A DNA stretch of 64,000 nt from Frankiaceae bacterium (lineage in GTDB: Bacteria; Actinomycetota; Actinomycetes; Mycobacteriales; SCTD01), in assembly GCA_947479995.1 (NCBI GenBank), contig CANKBT010000001.1:25313-89312 (forward strand), in the 5' to 3' direction. The translations under genes and the position numbers were made by a program. The notes beneath the pieces were generated by a model, which was not told the DNA's origin, searched no databases, and saw only the letters and a list, made by a program, of their open reading frames with translations. Shown piece after piece: positions 1-9,465 of this stretch (position 1 is the first letter of the stretch; each line of letters begins with the position of its first letter).

Positions 1-281
1 TCAGCGTGGTGCTGCAGGACGGCAGTGCCGGCTCCTACTTCTCGGGCTTCGCCGCGCTCGCGCAGTCCGCCGACCTCTACGTCGGCGCCTTCAAGGCAGC
101 GCTGTTCGGACTGCTCGCCGGTGTGGTGGCCTCGTACAAGGGGCTCACGGCCAAAGGCGGCGCGCAGGGCGTGGGCGACGCGGTCAACGCCAGCGTCGTG
201 CTCACGTTCCTGCTGCTGTTCGCCGTGAACTTCCTCGTCACGGTCGTGTACGTCGAGCTCGTCCCGCCGCGGGGCGGCTGA
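1..281 (+). CDS. MlaE/YrbE-family ABC permease, C-terminal end (5' part lies outside the window)
   Basis: The frame of ORF 6..281 is open to the window edge. It has a hydrophobic C-terminus (VVLTFLLLFAVNFLVTVVYVEL). It sits 1 nt before a second YrbE-like permease and six Mce genes, which is the canonical order. Confidence 0.75.
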   Translation, partial: SVVLQDGSAGSYFSGFAALAQSADLYVGAFKAALFGLLAGVVASYKGLTAKGGAQGVGDAVNASVVLTFLLLFAVNFLVTVVYVELVPPRGG

Positions 282-282
282 C

Positions 283-1146
283 GTGGCCACCGTCGTCATC
301 CCCGGCGGCCGCAAGGCTGCCGACACGCTCGCCCGCCGCGGCCGGGACCTGCGCCTGTTCCTCGACGACCTCGGCCGCCAGATGGCCTTCTACGCAGCGG
401 CGCTGGCCTGGATGCCGCGCGCGGTCACCCGGTACAGGGGCGAGACGTTCCGGCTGCTCGGCGAGGTGGCGCTCGGTCGGGGCGCGCTGGCCACCTTCGG
501 CGGCAGCTTCGGCGTGGTGGTCGCCATGTCGTTCTTCACCGGCATCGAGGTGGGCCTGCAGGGCTACGAGGGGCTGGACCAGATCGGCGCCTCCGCCCTC
601 ACCGGGTTCATCTCGGCCTACTTCAACACGCGCGAGATCTCGCCCCTGGTCGCAGGGGTGGCGCTGTCGGCGACCGTCGGCTGCGGCTTCACCGCGCAGC
701 TGGGTGCCATGCGGATCTCCGAGGAGATCGACGCGCTGCAGGTCATGGCCGTCCGGCCGATCCCGTTCCTCGTCGCCTCGCGCGTCCTCGCCGGCCTGGT
801 GGCGGTGGTGCCGCTCTACTTCGTCGGGCTGCTCGCGTCCTACCTGAGCACGCGCACGGTCGTGACCACCGTCTTCGGGCAGTCGGCCGGCACCTACGAC
901 CACTACTTCCACCTGTTCCTGCCACCGGGCGACATCGGGTGGTCGGTCTTCAAGGTGCTCGTCTTCGCGACGCTGGTGATCCTCATCCACTGCTGGTACG
1001 GCTACAGCGCCCGCGGCGGGCCCGCGGGGGTGGGGGTGGCCGTGGGCCGTGCCGTCCGGTTGGCGATCGTCGTGGTCGTCGTCGTGGACTTCCTGCTCAG
1101 CATGGCCATCTGGGGCTCCACCACCACGGTGCGGGTGGCCGGATGA
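283..1146 (+). CDS. MlaE/YrbE-family ABC permease (second permease of the Mce transporter)
   Basis: 287-aa polytopic protein (ALTGFISAYFNTREISPLVAGVALSATVGCGFTAQLGAMRISEEIDAL). It has a GTG start, and its stop overlaps the mceA ATG by 4 nt. Confidence 0.85.
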   Translation: MATVVIPGGRKAADTLARRGRDLRLFLDDLGRQMAFYAAALAWMPRAVTRYRGETFRLLGEVALGRGALATFGGSFGVVVAMSFFTGIEVGLQGYEGLDQIGASALTGFISAYFNTREISPLVAGVALSATVGCGFTAQLGAMRISEEIDALQVMAVRPIPFLVASRVLAGLVAVVPLYFVGLLASYLSTRTVVTTVFGQSAGTYDHYFHLFLPPGDIGWSVFKVLVFATLVILIHCWYGYSARGGPAGVGVAVGRAVRLAIVVVVVVDFLLSMAIWGSTTTVRVAG

Positions 1147-2570
1147 GCGCGTCGTGGCTGTCCCGTATCGGCTACCCGCTGCTGGGCGTGGCGGCGCTGG
1201 CGGCCGTGGTGGCCGGCGTCGGGCTGACCTACGCGGTGTACGGCAAGGCCTTCACCGAGACGGCGTCGGTGACCGTCGTCGTCGAGGAGCTCGGCGAGCT
1301 GCTCGGCGTCCCGGCGGACGTCAAGGTGCGGGGTGTGCGGGTGGGGGAGGTCCGGCGCTCCACCCCGGACGACTCCGGCCGCGTGCTGCTGGACCTCGCG
1401 CTGGAGCCGGCCGCGCTTGCCGACATCCCGGCCGACGTGACGGCGCGGATCCTGCCCAAGACGCTGTTCGGGGAGCGGTACGTCGAGCTGATGTCGGCCT
1501 CCCCCGCCGGCTCCACGGGCCGGCTGCAGGAGGGCGCTGTCATCGCGCAGGACCTCAGCGAGCGGTCGGTCCAGCTGCAGGAGGTCTTCGACGAGCTGGC
1601 ACCGCTGCTGCGCACCGTTCAGCCGGCGCAGCTCAACGCGACGCTGTCCAGCCTCGCCGACGCCCTCGTCGGCCGAGGAGAGCAGCTCGGTGGCACGCTG
1701 GACCGCCTCGGGGCGTACACCGCTGAGCTCCGCACGCTCGTGCCGCAGCTGCAGACCGACCTGGTGCTGCTGGCCGATGTCACGGCCCGCTACGGCGAGG
1801 CGGCGCCGGCGCTGCTGGCCAGCGCGCGCAACACGAGCACGACGGCCCGGACGCTGGAGGATCGCGAGCAGGTGCTGGCCGCCGTGCTCGAGGACACCTG
1901 GGCCGTCTCCGACCGCACGGCGACGCTGCTCGCCGACAACGAGGAGCGGCTCGTCCAGCTGTCGAAGACGCTGCGCCCGACCCTCGAGCTCCTCGCCGAG
2001 TACGCGCCGGAGTACGACTGCGTCTTCAACGGCGCCAAGCTGGCGATCCAGCGCATCTACGACGTCTTCGGCGGGGACGACGGGCCGTTCAAGATCAAGG
2101 GGCGGCTGCGGCTCGGGCAGTCCCGCGGCGTGTACAGCCCGTCCCTGCGGCCGGACGGCGAGCTGGCCCAGGAGCTGGTCGCTCAGCTGGAGGACTACGG
2201 ACCGTCCTGCCCGCAGATCACCACCGCTCCGGTCGGCGGTGTGCCCGGCCCGGACGTCCCGGACCCGGCCAAGGTCCTCATCGGCCGCTACCGCGGCCCT
2301 CTCGGGCTGCCCGTGCCCGGGCTCGACACCGGACGCCAGCAGGAGCAGGAGCTCGCCGCCGACCCGCCCGCGGCCGGCTCGGCGCTGCCGGCGCTGCCGC
2401 CCGTGCCGGTCCCGGTCCTCGGAGACCCCACCGGGTCCCTGGCGGAGCGGCAGGCGATCGAGGACGCCGCCGCCGCCGCGCTCGGCCGGCTGGACGCCCC
2501 GGTGAACCCGGTCGTCAGCCTCCTGCTCGGCCCGATGCTGCGCGGCATGGTCGTCGAGGAGGCCCCGTGA
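1143..2570 (+). CDS. mceA: Mce-family substrate-binding protein A
   Basis: The in-frame ATG at 1143 (MSASWLSRIGYPLLGVAALAAV) gives an N-terminal TM helix followed by an MlaD/MCE domain (DVKVRGVRVGEVRRS). The upstream part of ORF 939..2570 is Arg/Gly junk that overlaps the permease. Confidence 0.85.
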   Translation: MSASWLSRIGYPLLGVAALAAVVAGVGLTYAVYGKAFTETASVTVVVEELGELLGVPADVKVRGVRVGEVRRSTPDDSGRVLLDLALEPAALADIPADVTARILPKTLFGERYVELMSASPAGSTGRLQEGAVIAQDLSERSVQLQEVFDELAPLLRTVQPAQLNATLSSLADALVGRGEQLGGTLDRLGAYTAELRTLVPQLQTDLVLLADVTARYGEAAPALLASARNTSTTARTLEDREQVLAAVLEDTWAVSDRTATLLADNEERLVQLSKTLRPTLELLAEYAPEYDCVFNGAKLAIQRIYDVFGGDDGPFKIKGRLRLGQSRGVYSPSLRPDGELAQELVAQLEDYGPSCPQITTAPVGGVPGPDVPDPAKVLIGRYRGPLGLPVPGLDTGRQQEQELAADPPAAGSALPALPPVPVPVLGDPTGSLAERQAIEDAAAAALGRLDAPVNPVVSLLLGPMLRGMVVEEAP

Positions 2571-3610
2571 GCGCCCGACGGCTCCGCCGGCCGTCCGGAG
2601 CGGTCGTCGGCATGGCCGCGTTCCTCGCCGTCACCGTCGGCTCCACGTCGGTCCTGTTCAGCACGATCGCCGGCTCGTCCCCGGACGACCCGGTCAGCTA
2701 CTCGGCGGTCTTCACCGACGCCACCCGGGTGGTCGAGGGCGACGAGGTCCGCATCGCCGGCGTCCGCGTCGGGCGCGTCGAGGGGGTCGAGCTCACCGAC
2801 GACGAGCACGCGCTGGTGCGCTTCTCGACCCGGCGGTCTCTGCAGCTGCCGGCCAGCGTGACCGCCCGCATCCGCTACCGCGACCTGGTCGGCAGCCGCT
2901 ACCTCAGCCTGGTCGACGACCCCCGTGAGCCGGCTCCGGGCACCCTCGAGCCCGGTGCCACCATCCCGGTCGAGCGCACCGTCCCGGCGCTCGACCTGAC
3001 CGTGCTGCTCGACGGCTTCCAGCCGCTGTTCAGCGTCCTGGAACCCGACCAGGTCAACCAGCTCGCCGCGTCGCTGGTGCGCACCCTGCAGGGCGAGGGG
3101 GGCACGCTGGCCTCCCTGCTGTCGAGCACGAGCTCGCTGACCGGCGCGCTCGCGGACCGGGACGCGGTCATCGGGCGCGTCGTGGACAACCTCAACGCCG
3201 TCCTCGCGACGGTCGACGAGCGCGACGCGCAGCTCGCCGACCTGGTCGACCAGCTGGCCCGGCTGTCCTCCGGCCTGGCGGCGGACGGCGAGGCGATCGG
3301 GCGGGCGGTCGACGGCATCGACAGCCTGACGGTGTCGACCGCCGGGCTGCTGCGCGACGTCCGGCCGCCGCTCGTCCGCGACGTCGCGTCGTTGCGAGTC
3401 GCCAGCCAGGAGTTCGCCAGGACCAAGGACGACCTGCAGTCCCTGCTCGACACCCTCCCGGTCAAGCTCAACGCCTTCAACCGGGCCGGCAGCTACGGGG
3501 GCTACCTCAACTTCTTCGTCTGCGACCTGGACGTGACGCTCACCCTGCCCGGGCTGCCGCCGGTGACCGCCCCCGGGCTGAACAACAACGAGGAGCTCTG
3601 CCAGGAGTGA
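2567..3610 (+). CDS. mceB: Mce-family protein B
   Basis: N-terminal TM helix plus MCE domain (YSAVFTDATRVVEGDEVRIAGVRVGRVEGVEL). It has a 4-nt overlap with mceA. Confidence 0.85.
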   Translation: MSARRLRRPSGAVVGMAAFLAVTVGSTSVLFSTIAGSSPDDPVSYSAVFTDATRVVEGDEVRIAGVRVGRVEGVELTDDEHALVRFSTRRSLQLPASVTARIRYRDLVGSRYLSLVDDPREPAPGTLEPGATIPVERTVPALDLTVLLDGFQPLFSVLEPDQVNQLAASLVRTLQGEGGTLASLLSSTSSLTGALADRDAVIGRVVDNLNAVLATVDERDAQLADLVDQLARLSSGLAADGEAIGRAVDGIDSLTVSTAGLLRDVRPPLVRDVASLRVASQEFARTKDDLQSLLDTLPVKLNAFNRAGSYGGYLNFFVCDLDVTLTLPGLPPVTAPGLNNNEELCQE

Positions 3611-4584
3611 GGGAGCGCAAGCGGGTCCTCAGCGGCGCCGTCGGCCTCACCGTCGTCGGCGGCATGCTGCTCGCCGGCCTGTCGGTCAACCAGCTGGTCG
3701 GCCTGCTCGGCAAGGCGGACTACGAGGTGGAGTTCGCGCACGCCGCCGGCCTCAAGGAGGGCGACCCGGTCCGGGTCTCCGGCGTCAAGGTCGGCTCGGT
3801 CGAGAGGATCAGGCTGGACGGCACGGTCGTCGCCGTCACGGTGCAGCTCGACGACGACGTGCGGCTCGGCGACAGCACCACCGCCGCGCTGAGGGTCGAG
3901 ACCCTGCTCGGCACCGAGTACGTGTCGCTGGACAGCGCCGGCGACGACCGGCTGCCCGAGGGCGGACGGGTGCCGGTCGAGCGCACCACCACGCCTTTCA
4001 GCCTGCAGGAGGCGGTGGGTGGCCTGGCCGAGCGGGTCGAGGCCATCGACACCGCCAGGCTCGCGGAGTCCTTCCGGGTCGTCTCGCAGGCGCTGGACGC
4101 GGCCGGCCCCGAGCTCCGGCCGGCCGTCGACGGCGTGGCGCGGCTGTCGACGAGCATCGCCAGCCGCGACGCACAGCTGCGCGAGCTGCTCGTCCACTCC
4201 CGCGAGGTGACCGGGGTCCTGGCCGACCGGTCCGAGCGCCTGGTGCAGCTGGTGCGGGACGCCGGCACGTTCCTGGCCGTCCTCGAGGCGCGTCGCCAGG
4301 CCCTCGAGACGCTCCTGGTGAGCAGCCAGCAGCTCGCCGACGAGCTGATCGCCACCGTGCAGCAGACCCGCGGCGACCTCGCGCCGGCCCTGGAGTCGCT
4401 GCAGACCACCGTCGCGACGCTGCGGCAGAACAAGGGAGACCTGGAGGAGAGCATGCGGCTGTACGCGCCGCTGCTGCGCTACTACACCACCGTCCTCGGT
4501 CACGGCCGCTGGTTCGACGCCGGGCTGTTCGGCCTGACCCCCCAGCTGCTGCCGCCGCCCGGCGCCGCGGGGGGCGACCGATGA
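3607..4584 (+). CDS. mceC: Mce-family protein C
   Basis: TM helix plus MCE domain (YEVEFAHAAGLKEGDPVRVSGVKVGSVERIRL). It has 4-nt overlaps on both sides. Confidence 0.85.
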   Translation: MRERKRVLSGAVGLTVVGGMLLAGLSVNQLVGLLGKADYEVEFAHAAGLKEGDPVRVSGVKVGSVERIRLDGTVVAVTVQLDDDVRLGDSTTAALRVETLLGTEYVSLDSAGDDRLPEGGRVPVERTTTPFSLQEAVGGLAERVEAIDTARLAESFRVVSQALDAAGPELRPAVDGVARLSTSIASRDAQLRELLVHSREVTGVLADRSERLVQLVRDAGTFLAVLEARRQALETLLVSSQQLADELIATVQQTRGDLAPALESLQTTVATLRQNKGDLEESMRLYAPLLRYYTTVLGHGRWFDAGLFGLTPQLLPPPGAAGGDR

Positions 4585-5711
4585 CCCGGTCCCGCCGGCT
4601 CGCCGTCGCTGCGGGGGCCGCCACCGCCGCGGTGCTGGCCGCCGTGGGCGCTCCGGCCGCCGCCGCGAGCGGCGAGGAGTACCGCGCGGAGCTCAGCCGG
4701 GCCGTCGGTCTCTACGTCGGGTCGGACGTGCGCGTCCTGGGCGTGCGGGTCGGGGAGGTCACCGGTCTGGAGGCCCGCGGCGAGCTGGTCCAGGCCACCT
4801 TCGAGATCGAGGACGACGTGCGGGTGCCGGCGAGCGCGCAGGCCGTCGTCGTGGCGCCGACGCTGGTCAGCGACCGGCACCTGGAGCTCACGCCGCCGTA
4901 CGACGGCGGACCGGAGCTGGCCCCCGGCAGCCTGATCCCCCTGGCGCGCACCGCCGTGCCGGTCGAGGTCGACCAGGTGTTCGCCGCGGTCGGCGAGTTG
5001 GCGACCGCGCTGGGGCCGCAGGGGGCCAACCGCGACGGTGCGCTGGACCAGCTGGTGCGCACCGGCGCCACCGCGCTCGACGGCAACGGCGTCGCGATCC
5101 GCACCGCCGTGGAGCAGCTCAGCGCCGCCGTCGCCACCGTCGACGGCGGCGGCGAGGACCTCGCCGCGACGCTGGAGCAGCTGGCGACCCTGACCGCGGC
5201 GCTGGCCGCGGCCGACGAGCCCGTCCGCGAGCTCAGCGGCACCCTCACCGCGGTGGCGGACAGCCTCGCCGCCCAGCGGGGCGCGCTGGCCGGGTCGATC
5301 GACGGCCTGGGCACGGCGCTCGCCGAGATCCGCGCCCTGGTGCAGGACAGCGGTCCCGGGCTCACCGAGGACGTCGCCGGGCTGCTCGACGTGACCCGCA
5401 CGGTACTCAGCCAGGAGCAGGCGCTGCGCGAGACGCTCAACCTCGCTCCGGTCACCCTCCAGAACTTCATCGGCACCTTCGACCCGCAGACCTCCACGCT
5501 GTCCGCCCGCCCCGCCGTCAACGGCACCCTGACCGACGACCCGAGCCTGGTGCTCTGCCAGCTCATCGCGAGCAACGGCCTGGGGTCGCTGTGCCCGGCG
5601 GTCGACGCCGTCGTCGACCCGCTGGAGCCGCTGCTGGGCTCGCTGCCCCAGCCGCTCGGTGACGGCCCGGAGTTCTCCACCTTCCCGCCGGCGCCGGAGG
5701 GCTCACGATGA
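4581..5711 (+). CDS. mceD: Mce-family protein D
   Basis: Signal/TM segment plus MCE domain (YRAELSRAVGLYVGSDVRVLGVRVGEVTGLE). It is followed by a long Ala/Leu-rich helical region. Confidence 0.85.
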   Translation: MTRSRRLAVAAGAATAAVLAAVGAPAAAASGEEYRAELSRAVGLYVGSDVRVLGVRVGEVTGLEARGELVQATFEIEDDVRVPASAQAVVVAPTLVSDRHLELTPPYDGGPELAPGSLIPLARTAVPVEVDQVFAAVGELATALGPQGANRDGALDQLVRTGATALDGNGVAIRTAVEQLSAAVATVDGGGEDLAATLEQLATLTAALAAADEPVRELSGTLTAVADSLAAQRGALAGSIDGLGTALAEIRALVQDSGPGLTEDVAGLLDVTRTVLSQEQALRETLNLAPVTLQNFIGTFDPQTSTLSARPAVNGTLTDDPSLVLCQLIASNGLGSLCPAVDAVVDPLEPLLGSLPQPLGDGPEFSTFPPAPEGSR

Positions 5712-6868
5712 CCGGGCGCGGTCCGGCGGTCGCCGCGCTCGCCGTGGCGGTGGCGGCCCTGACCGGGTGCACGAGCGCGCCTGCGCTCCAGGAGCTGGGA
5801 CTGCCGGGGTCGAGCGTCGACGGCTACGAGGTGCGGGTGCGGTTCACCGACGCCCTCGACCTCGTCCCGCTGGCGACCGTCAAGCTCGACGGCGTCGACG
5901 TCGGCGTCGTCCGTGAGGTCGACCTGACCGACGGTCTGGTCGCCGAGGTCACCGTCCAGGTCGAGCAGGACGTGGCCCTCCCCGGTGACGTGAGCGCGCG
6001 GATCTCCCAGACGAGCCTGCTCGGCGAGAAGTACGTCGAGCTCATCTCCCCGTCCGGCAGCACCGCTGCGCCGCTGGCTGCCGGCGGGCTCATCCCGCTG
6101 GAGCGCACCGGCGCGGGCGTCGAGGTCGAGGAGCTGCTCGGCGCTGCGTCGGCCCTGCTCAACGGCGGTGGCATCGGGCACCTGCAGACCGTCACCTCGG
6201 AGCTCAACACCGCACTGGCCGGCCGTGAGGACCAGGTGCGCGTCCTGCTCGACGACCTGGCCGGGCTGCTGGCGGCCATCGACGCCCGGCGCGACGACAT
6301 CGTGCGGGCCCTGGACGGCGTCGACCGGCTCGCCGGCACGCTCGCCGCCCAGCGCGACACGATCGAGGTGGCGCTCGAGGCGCTGCCCGGGGGCGTCGCC
6401 GCCCTGGCCGACCAGCAGCGTCAGCTCACCCGCGCGCTGACCTCGCTGTCGGAGTTCGGCACGGTCGCCGAGCGGGTCATCGCCGCCAGCAAGGACGACC
6501 TGGTGACCAACCTGGAGCTGCTCGACCCGATCCTGACCGAGATCGCCCGGGCCGCCCCGTCGTTCTTCTCGACCGTCGACACACTGCTCACCTATCCCTT
6601 CGCCCGCAACATCTACGGCGGGATCGCGGGCGACTACGTCCAGCTCGAAGGAGAGCTCGAGGTCGACCTGGACAGCTTCACGCGCGACACCTTCGTCCCA
6701 GGCCCGTCCTACGAGGACCCGCCGACGCAGATCGCCTGCGGCGAGTACGGCCCGAACTGCCGGCCGGGCCCGACGACCCCGGCTGCCGCGTCGGCTGCTG
6801 CGCCGGCGCCGACCGCGCCCGCGCTGGGCCCGGCGCTGCTCGACGCGCTCGCCGGGGCGGGCCGGTGA
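5708..6868 (+). CDS. mceE: Mce-family lipoprotein E
   Basis: Lipobox (AVAALTGC) followed by an MCE domain (YEVRVRFTDALDLVPLATVKLDGVDVGVVREVDL). In mycobacterial mce operons the lipoprotein is the fifth Mce gene, as here. Confidence 0.85.
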   Translation: MTGRGPAVAALAVAVAALTGCTSAPALQELGLPGSSVDGYEVRVRFTDALDLVPLATVKLDGVDVGVVREVDLTDGLVAEVTVQVEQDVALPGDVSARISQTSLLGEKYVELISPSGSTAAPLAAGGLIPLERTGAGVEVEELLGAASALLNGGGIGHLQTVTSELNTALAGREDQVRVLLDDLAGLLAAIDARRDDIVRALDGVDRLAGTLAAQRDTIEVALEALPGGVAALADQQRQLTRALTSLSEFGTVAERVIAASKDDLVTNLELLDPILTEIARAAPSFFSTVDTLLTYPFARNIYGGIAGDYVQLEGELEVDLDSFTRDTFVPGPSYEDPPTQIACGEYGPNCRPGPTTPAAASAAAPAPTAPALGPALLDALAGAGR

Positions 6869-8280
6869 TCACCGGCGCCACCCGGCTCCGGCTGGCGGCG
6901 TTCCTCGGGCTCGCGGCGCTCGGGACGACCGTCGTGGGCGGTCAGTACGTCGGGCTGGACCGCATGCTGTGGAGCCAGCCGTACACGGTCACGCTGCAGA
7001 TGCCGTCCTCCGGGGGCATCTTCGAGAACGCCGAGGTCACCTACCGCGGCCTCGCCGTCGGACGCGTCCGCGAGCTGCGCCTGACCGACGACGGGATGGC
7101 GGTCGACCTGGCCATCGAGCGGGGGGAGCGCGTGCCGGCCGACGTGCGCGCCGTCGTGGCCAACCGGTCGGCGATCGGCGAGCAGTTCGTCGACCTCCAG
7201 CCCGCGGCCGACGGTCCGCCGTGGCTGGCGGGCGGCGACGTCATCCCGGCCGACCGCACGGCGGTGCCGCCGCGGCTGGAGGACGTGCTGCTGCAGGTGC
7301 AGGAGCTCACCGAGTCGGTCGACCGGCCCGCGCTCCAGACGCTGGTCCGCGAGCTCGGCGACGGCTTCGCCGGCACGGGGCCGGAGCTCGAGACGCTCCT
7401 GGACCGGGGCGACAGCCTGCTCACCACCCTTCTCGAGGCGCTGCCGGCCACCCGCACCCTGCTCACTGACGGGCAGACCGTCCTGACCACGCAGCGGGAC
7501 ACCTCCGACGAGCTGCTCAGCTGGAGCCGCGACCTGCAGGACCTCACCGGCACGCTCCAGGGCTCCGACACCCAGCTGCGCACGCTGCTCGACGAGGCCC
7601 AGCGCACGCTGCCGGAGGTCGAGGAGCTCGTCCTCGCCAACGACCAGCAGCTGCCGCTGCTCATGCAGGACCTCGTGACGGTCGGCGACATCGTCCGCGC
7701 CCGCCTGCCGGGCATCCGCGTCTTCCTCGTCGCCTTCCCCCGGCTGATCCAGGGGACCTTCAACGTCGTGCAGGGCGACGGCTTCGTGCACTTCAACCTG
7801 GTGCTGGACTACTCCTCCGGCGTCTGCACCTCCGACGGGTATGCCGGCACCTCGAAGGCGCCGCAGGCCAAGCCGGTGCCCGAGCTCGGCAACCCGAGTC
7901 GGCGCGCCAACCTCAACGCCTACTGCGCCGAGGAGCCGGACAGCATCACCGCGGCGCGCGGGTCGCAGAACGTCCCGAAGCTGCCCGGCGACACCTACGA
8001 CGCCGCGACGCAGAAGGTCGACAACCCGCGCTTGGGCCGGCGCGGCCCAGACGACGTCCCGCCCGTCTCGTACGAGACCGACGAGCCGCCGGCCGCGCCG
8101 CCGTCGCCGACGGTCCAGCCGGCCGCGTACGACGCGCGGACGGGGGTGGTCAGCACCGCCGAGGGCCCGATCGCCGTCGTGGGCTCCGACGGCGGCCAGG
8201 CGGCGCAGTTCGGCGCCGAGGCCTGGAAGTGGCTGATCGTGGGGCCGGTGCTGTCCGGCACGAACCCGGGGTCACGATGA
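6865..8280 (+). CDS. mceF: Mce-family protein F
   Basis: TM helix plus MCE domain (YTVTLQMPSSGGIFENAEVTYRGLAVGRVRELRL). It has a Pro-rich C-terminal tail. Confidence 0.85.
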   Translation: MITGATRLRLAAFLGLAALGTTVVGGQYVGLDRMLWSQPYTVTLQMPSSGGIFENAEVTYRGLAVGRVRELRLTDDGMAVDLAIERGERVPADVRAVVANRSAIGEQFVDLQPAADGPPWLAGGDVIPADRTAVPPRLEDVLLQVQELTESVDRPALQTLVRELGDGFAGTGPELETLLDRGDSLLTTLLEALPATRTLLTDGQTVLTTQRDTSDELLSWSRDLQDLTGTLQGSDTQLRTLLDEAQRTLPEVEELVLANDQQLPLLMQDLVTVGDIVRARLPGIRVFLVAFPRLIQGTFNVVQGDGFVHFNLVLDYSSGVCTSDGYAGTSKAPQAKPVPELGNPSRRANLNAYCAEEPDSITAARGSQNVPKLPGDTYDAATQKVDNPRLGRRGPDDVPPVSYETDEPPAAPPSPTVQPAAYDARTGVVSTAEGPIAVVGSDGGQAAQFGAEAWKWLIVGPVLSGTNPGSR

Positions 8281-8798
8281 CGTCGCCGGCCGTCACGACG
8301 AGCACCGGTCCCCGGCGCCGCCGTCGGCCGGCGGCCCTCGTCGCGGTCCTGGTGCTCGCCGCGGTCGCCGTGCTCGCCGTCTCGGCGCTCCAGCTGCGCG
8401 GGGTGAGCAGTCGTGAGGAGGACCGGGACGAGCTCCTCGGGACGGCGCGGCAGGCGGCGGTCGCGTTCACCAGCTACGACCACGCCGACCTCGACAGCAG
8501 CTTCGACGCCGTGCTGGCGCTCGCGACCGACCAGTTCTCCCAGCAGTTCACCGCCGCCAGCGCTCAGCTGCGCCCGATCATCACGGAGAAGAAGGCCACC
8601 GCGCGGGGCGAGGTGCTCGGAGTCGGGGTCGAGCGCTACGAGCACGACGAGGACACCGCCAGCGTGCTGGTGGCGACGGACGCCACCGTCACGAACACCG
8701 AGTTCCCCGACGGCGCGCTGCAGCGGTTCAGACTGCGCGTGACGCTCGAGCGTGGCAGCGCGGGCTGGCGCGTCGACGAGATCACCCCGGTCGTGTGA
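8277..8798 (+). CDS. Mce-associated membrane protein
   Basis: The ATG at 8277 overlaps the mceF stop (ATGA). The protein has one TM helix (ALVAVLVLAAVAVLAVSAL) and then a small ecto-domain. Position and architecture match Mas/Mam proteins. Confidence 0.6.
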   Translation: MTSPAVTTSTGPRRRRRPAALVAVLVLAAVAVLAVSALQLRGVSSREEDRDELLGTARQAAVAFTSYDHADLDSSFDAVLALATDQFSQQFTAASAQLRPIITEKKATARGEVLGVGVERYEHDEDTASVLVATDATVTNTEFPDGALQRFRLRVTLERGSAGWRVDEITPVV

Positions 8799-8805
8799 GG
8801 CGGAG

Positions 8806-9414
8806 ATGACCACGGACCCCCGTGCCCTGGACGAGCACGCACCGGCAGCGGGCACCGAGGAGCCCGAGCAGCTCGCCGAGCGCGACCAGCCGGATGCTGC
8901 CGTCGAGCCCCGGAACCCACCGGCCGCGCCCCCGCGGCGCGGCCGTGCCCGTCGGCTGGCGGTGGCCGTGGCCGTGGTCCTGCTTCTCGCGGCCGCCGGC
9001 CTGCTGGCCTGGCGGTCGTGGACGGCTGCCCAGGACGAGCGGGCCGGCCGGGAGGCGGTGGAGGTCGCCGAGAAGGCCCTGCCGGACGTCCTCAGCTACG
9101 ACTTCGCCGATCTCGACGACGACATCGCCCGGGCGAGGGGCCGGCTGACCGACGCGTTCGCCGCGGAGTACGACGAGCTTGCCGCCAAGACGATCCGCCC
9201 GACGGCCGAGCAGTACAAGGCGGTGGTGTCGGCCGAGGTGCTGGCGTCGTCGCTGGAGAGCGCTGACCGCGACGAGGCGTCGGTCCTGCTGTTCGCCAAC
9301 CAGACCACCGTGACCACCGAGCTGCCGGCCCCGCGGGTGGACCAGAGCAGGGTCCGGATGCGCCTGGAGCACACCGCGTCCGGCTGGAAGGTCGCCGCGA
9401 TCGAACCCCTGTGA
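8806..9414 (+). CDS. Mce-associated membrane protein (paralogue)
   Basis: Internal ATG at 8806 (MTTDPRAL). It has the same architecture as the preceding gene: an acidic N-terminus, one TM helix (LAVAVAVVLLLAAAGLLAW), and an ecto-domain with SYDFADLDDDIARARGRLT. Confidence 0.6.
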   Translation: MTTDPRALDEHAPAAGTEEPEQLAERDQPDAAVEPRNPPAAPPRRGRARRLAVAVAVVLLLAAAGLLAWRSWTAAQDERAGREAVEVAEKALPDVLSYDFADLDDDIARARGRLTDAFAAEYDELAAKTIRPTAEQYKAVVSAEVLASSLESADRDEASVLLFANQTTVTTELPAPRVDQSRVRMRLEHTASGWKVAAIEPL

Positions 9415-9453
9415 CGCGCGCGCAGCAGGACGCGGAGCGAGGGGGGTGGGCTC

Positions 9454-9459
9454 TAGGAT
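9454..9459 (+). promoter_or_regulatory. Candidate -10 hexamer TAGGAT for a leaderless merR-family transcript
   Basis: TAGGAT fits TANNNT. Only 6 nt separate it from the GTG start at 9466, and no SD-like purine tract lies between them. Confidence 0.3.
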
Positions 9460-9465
9460 GGCCTG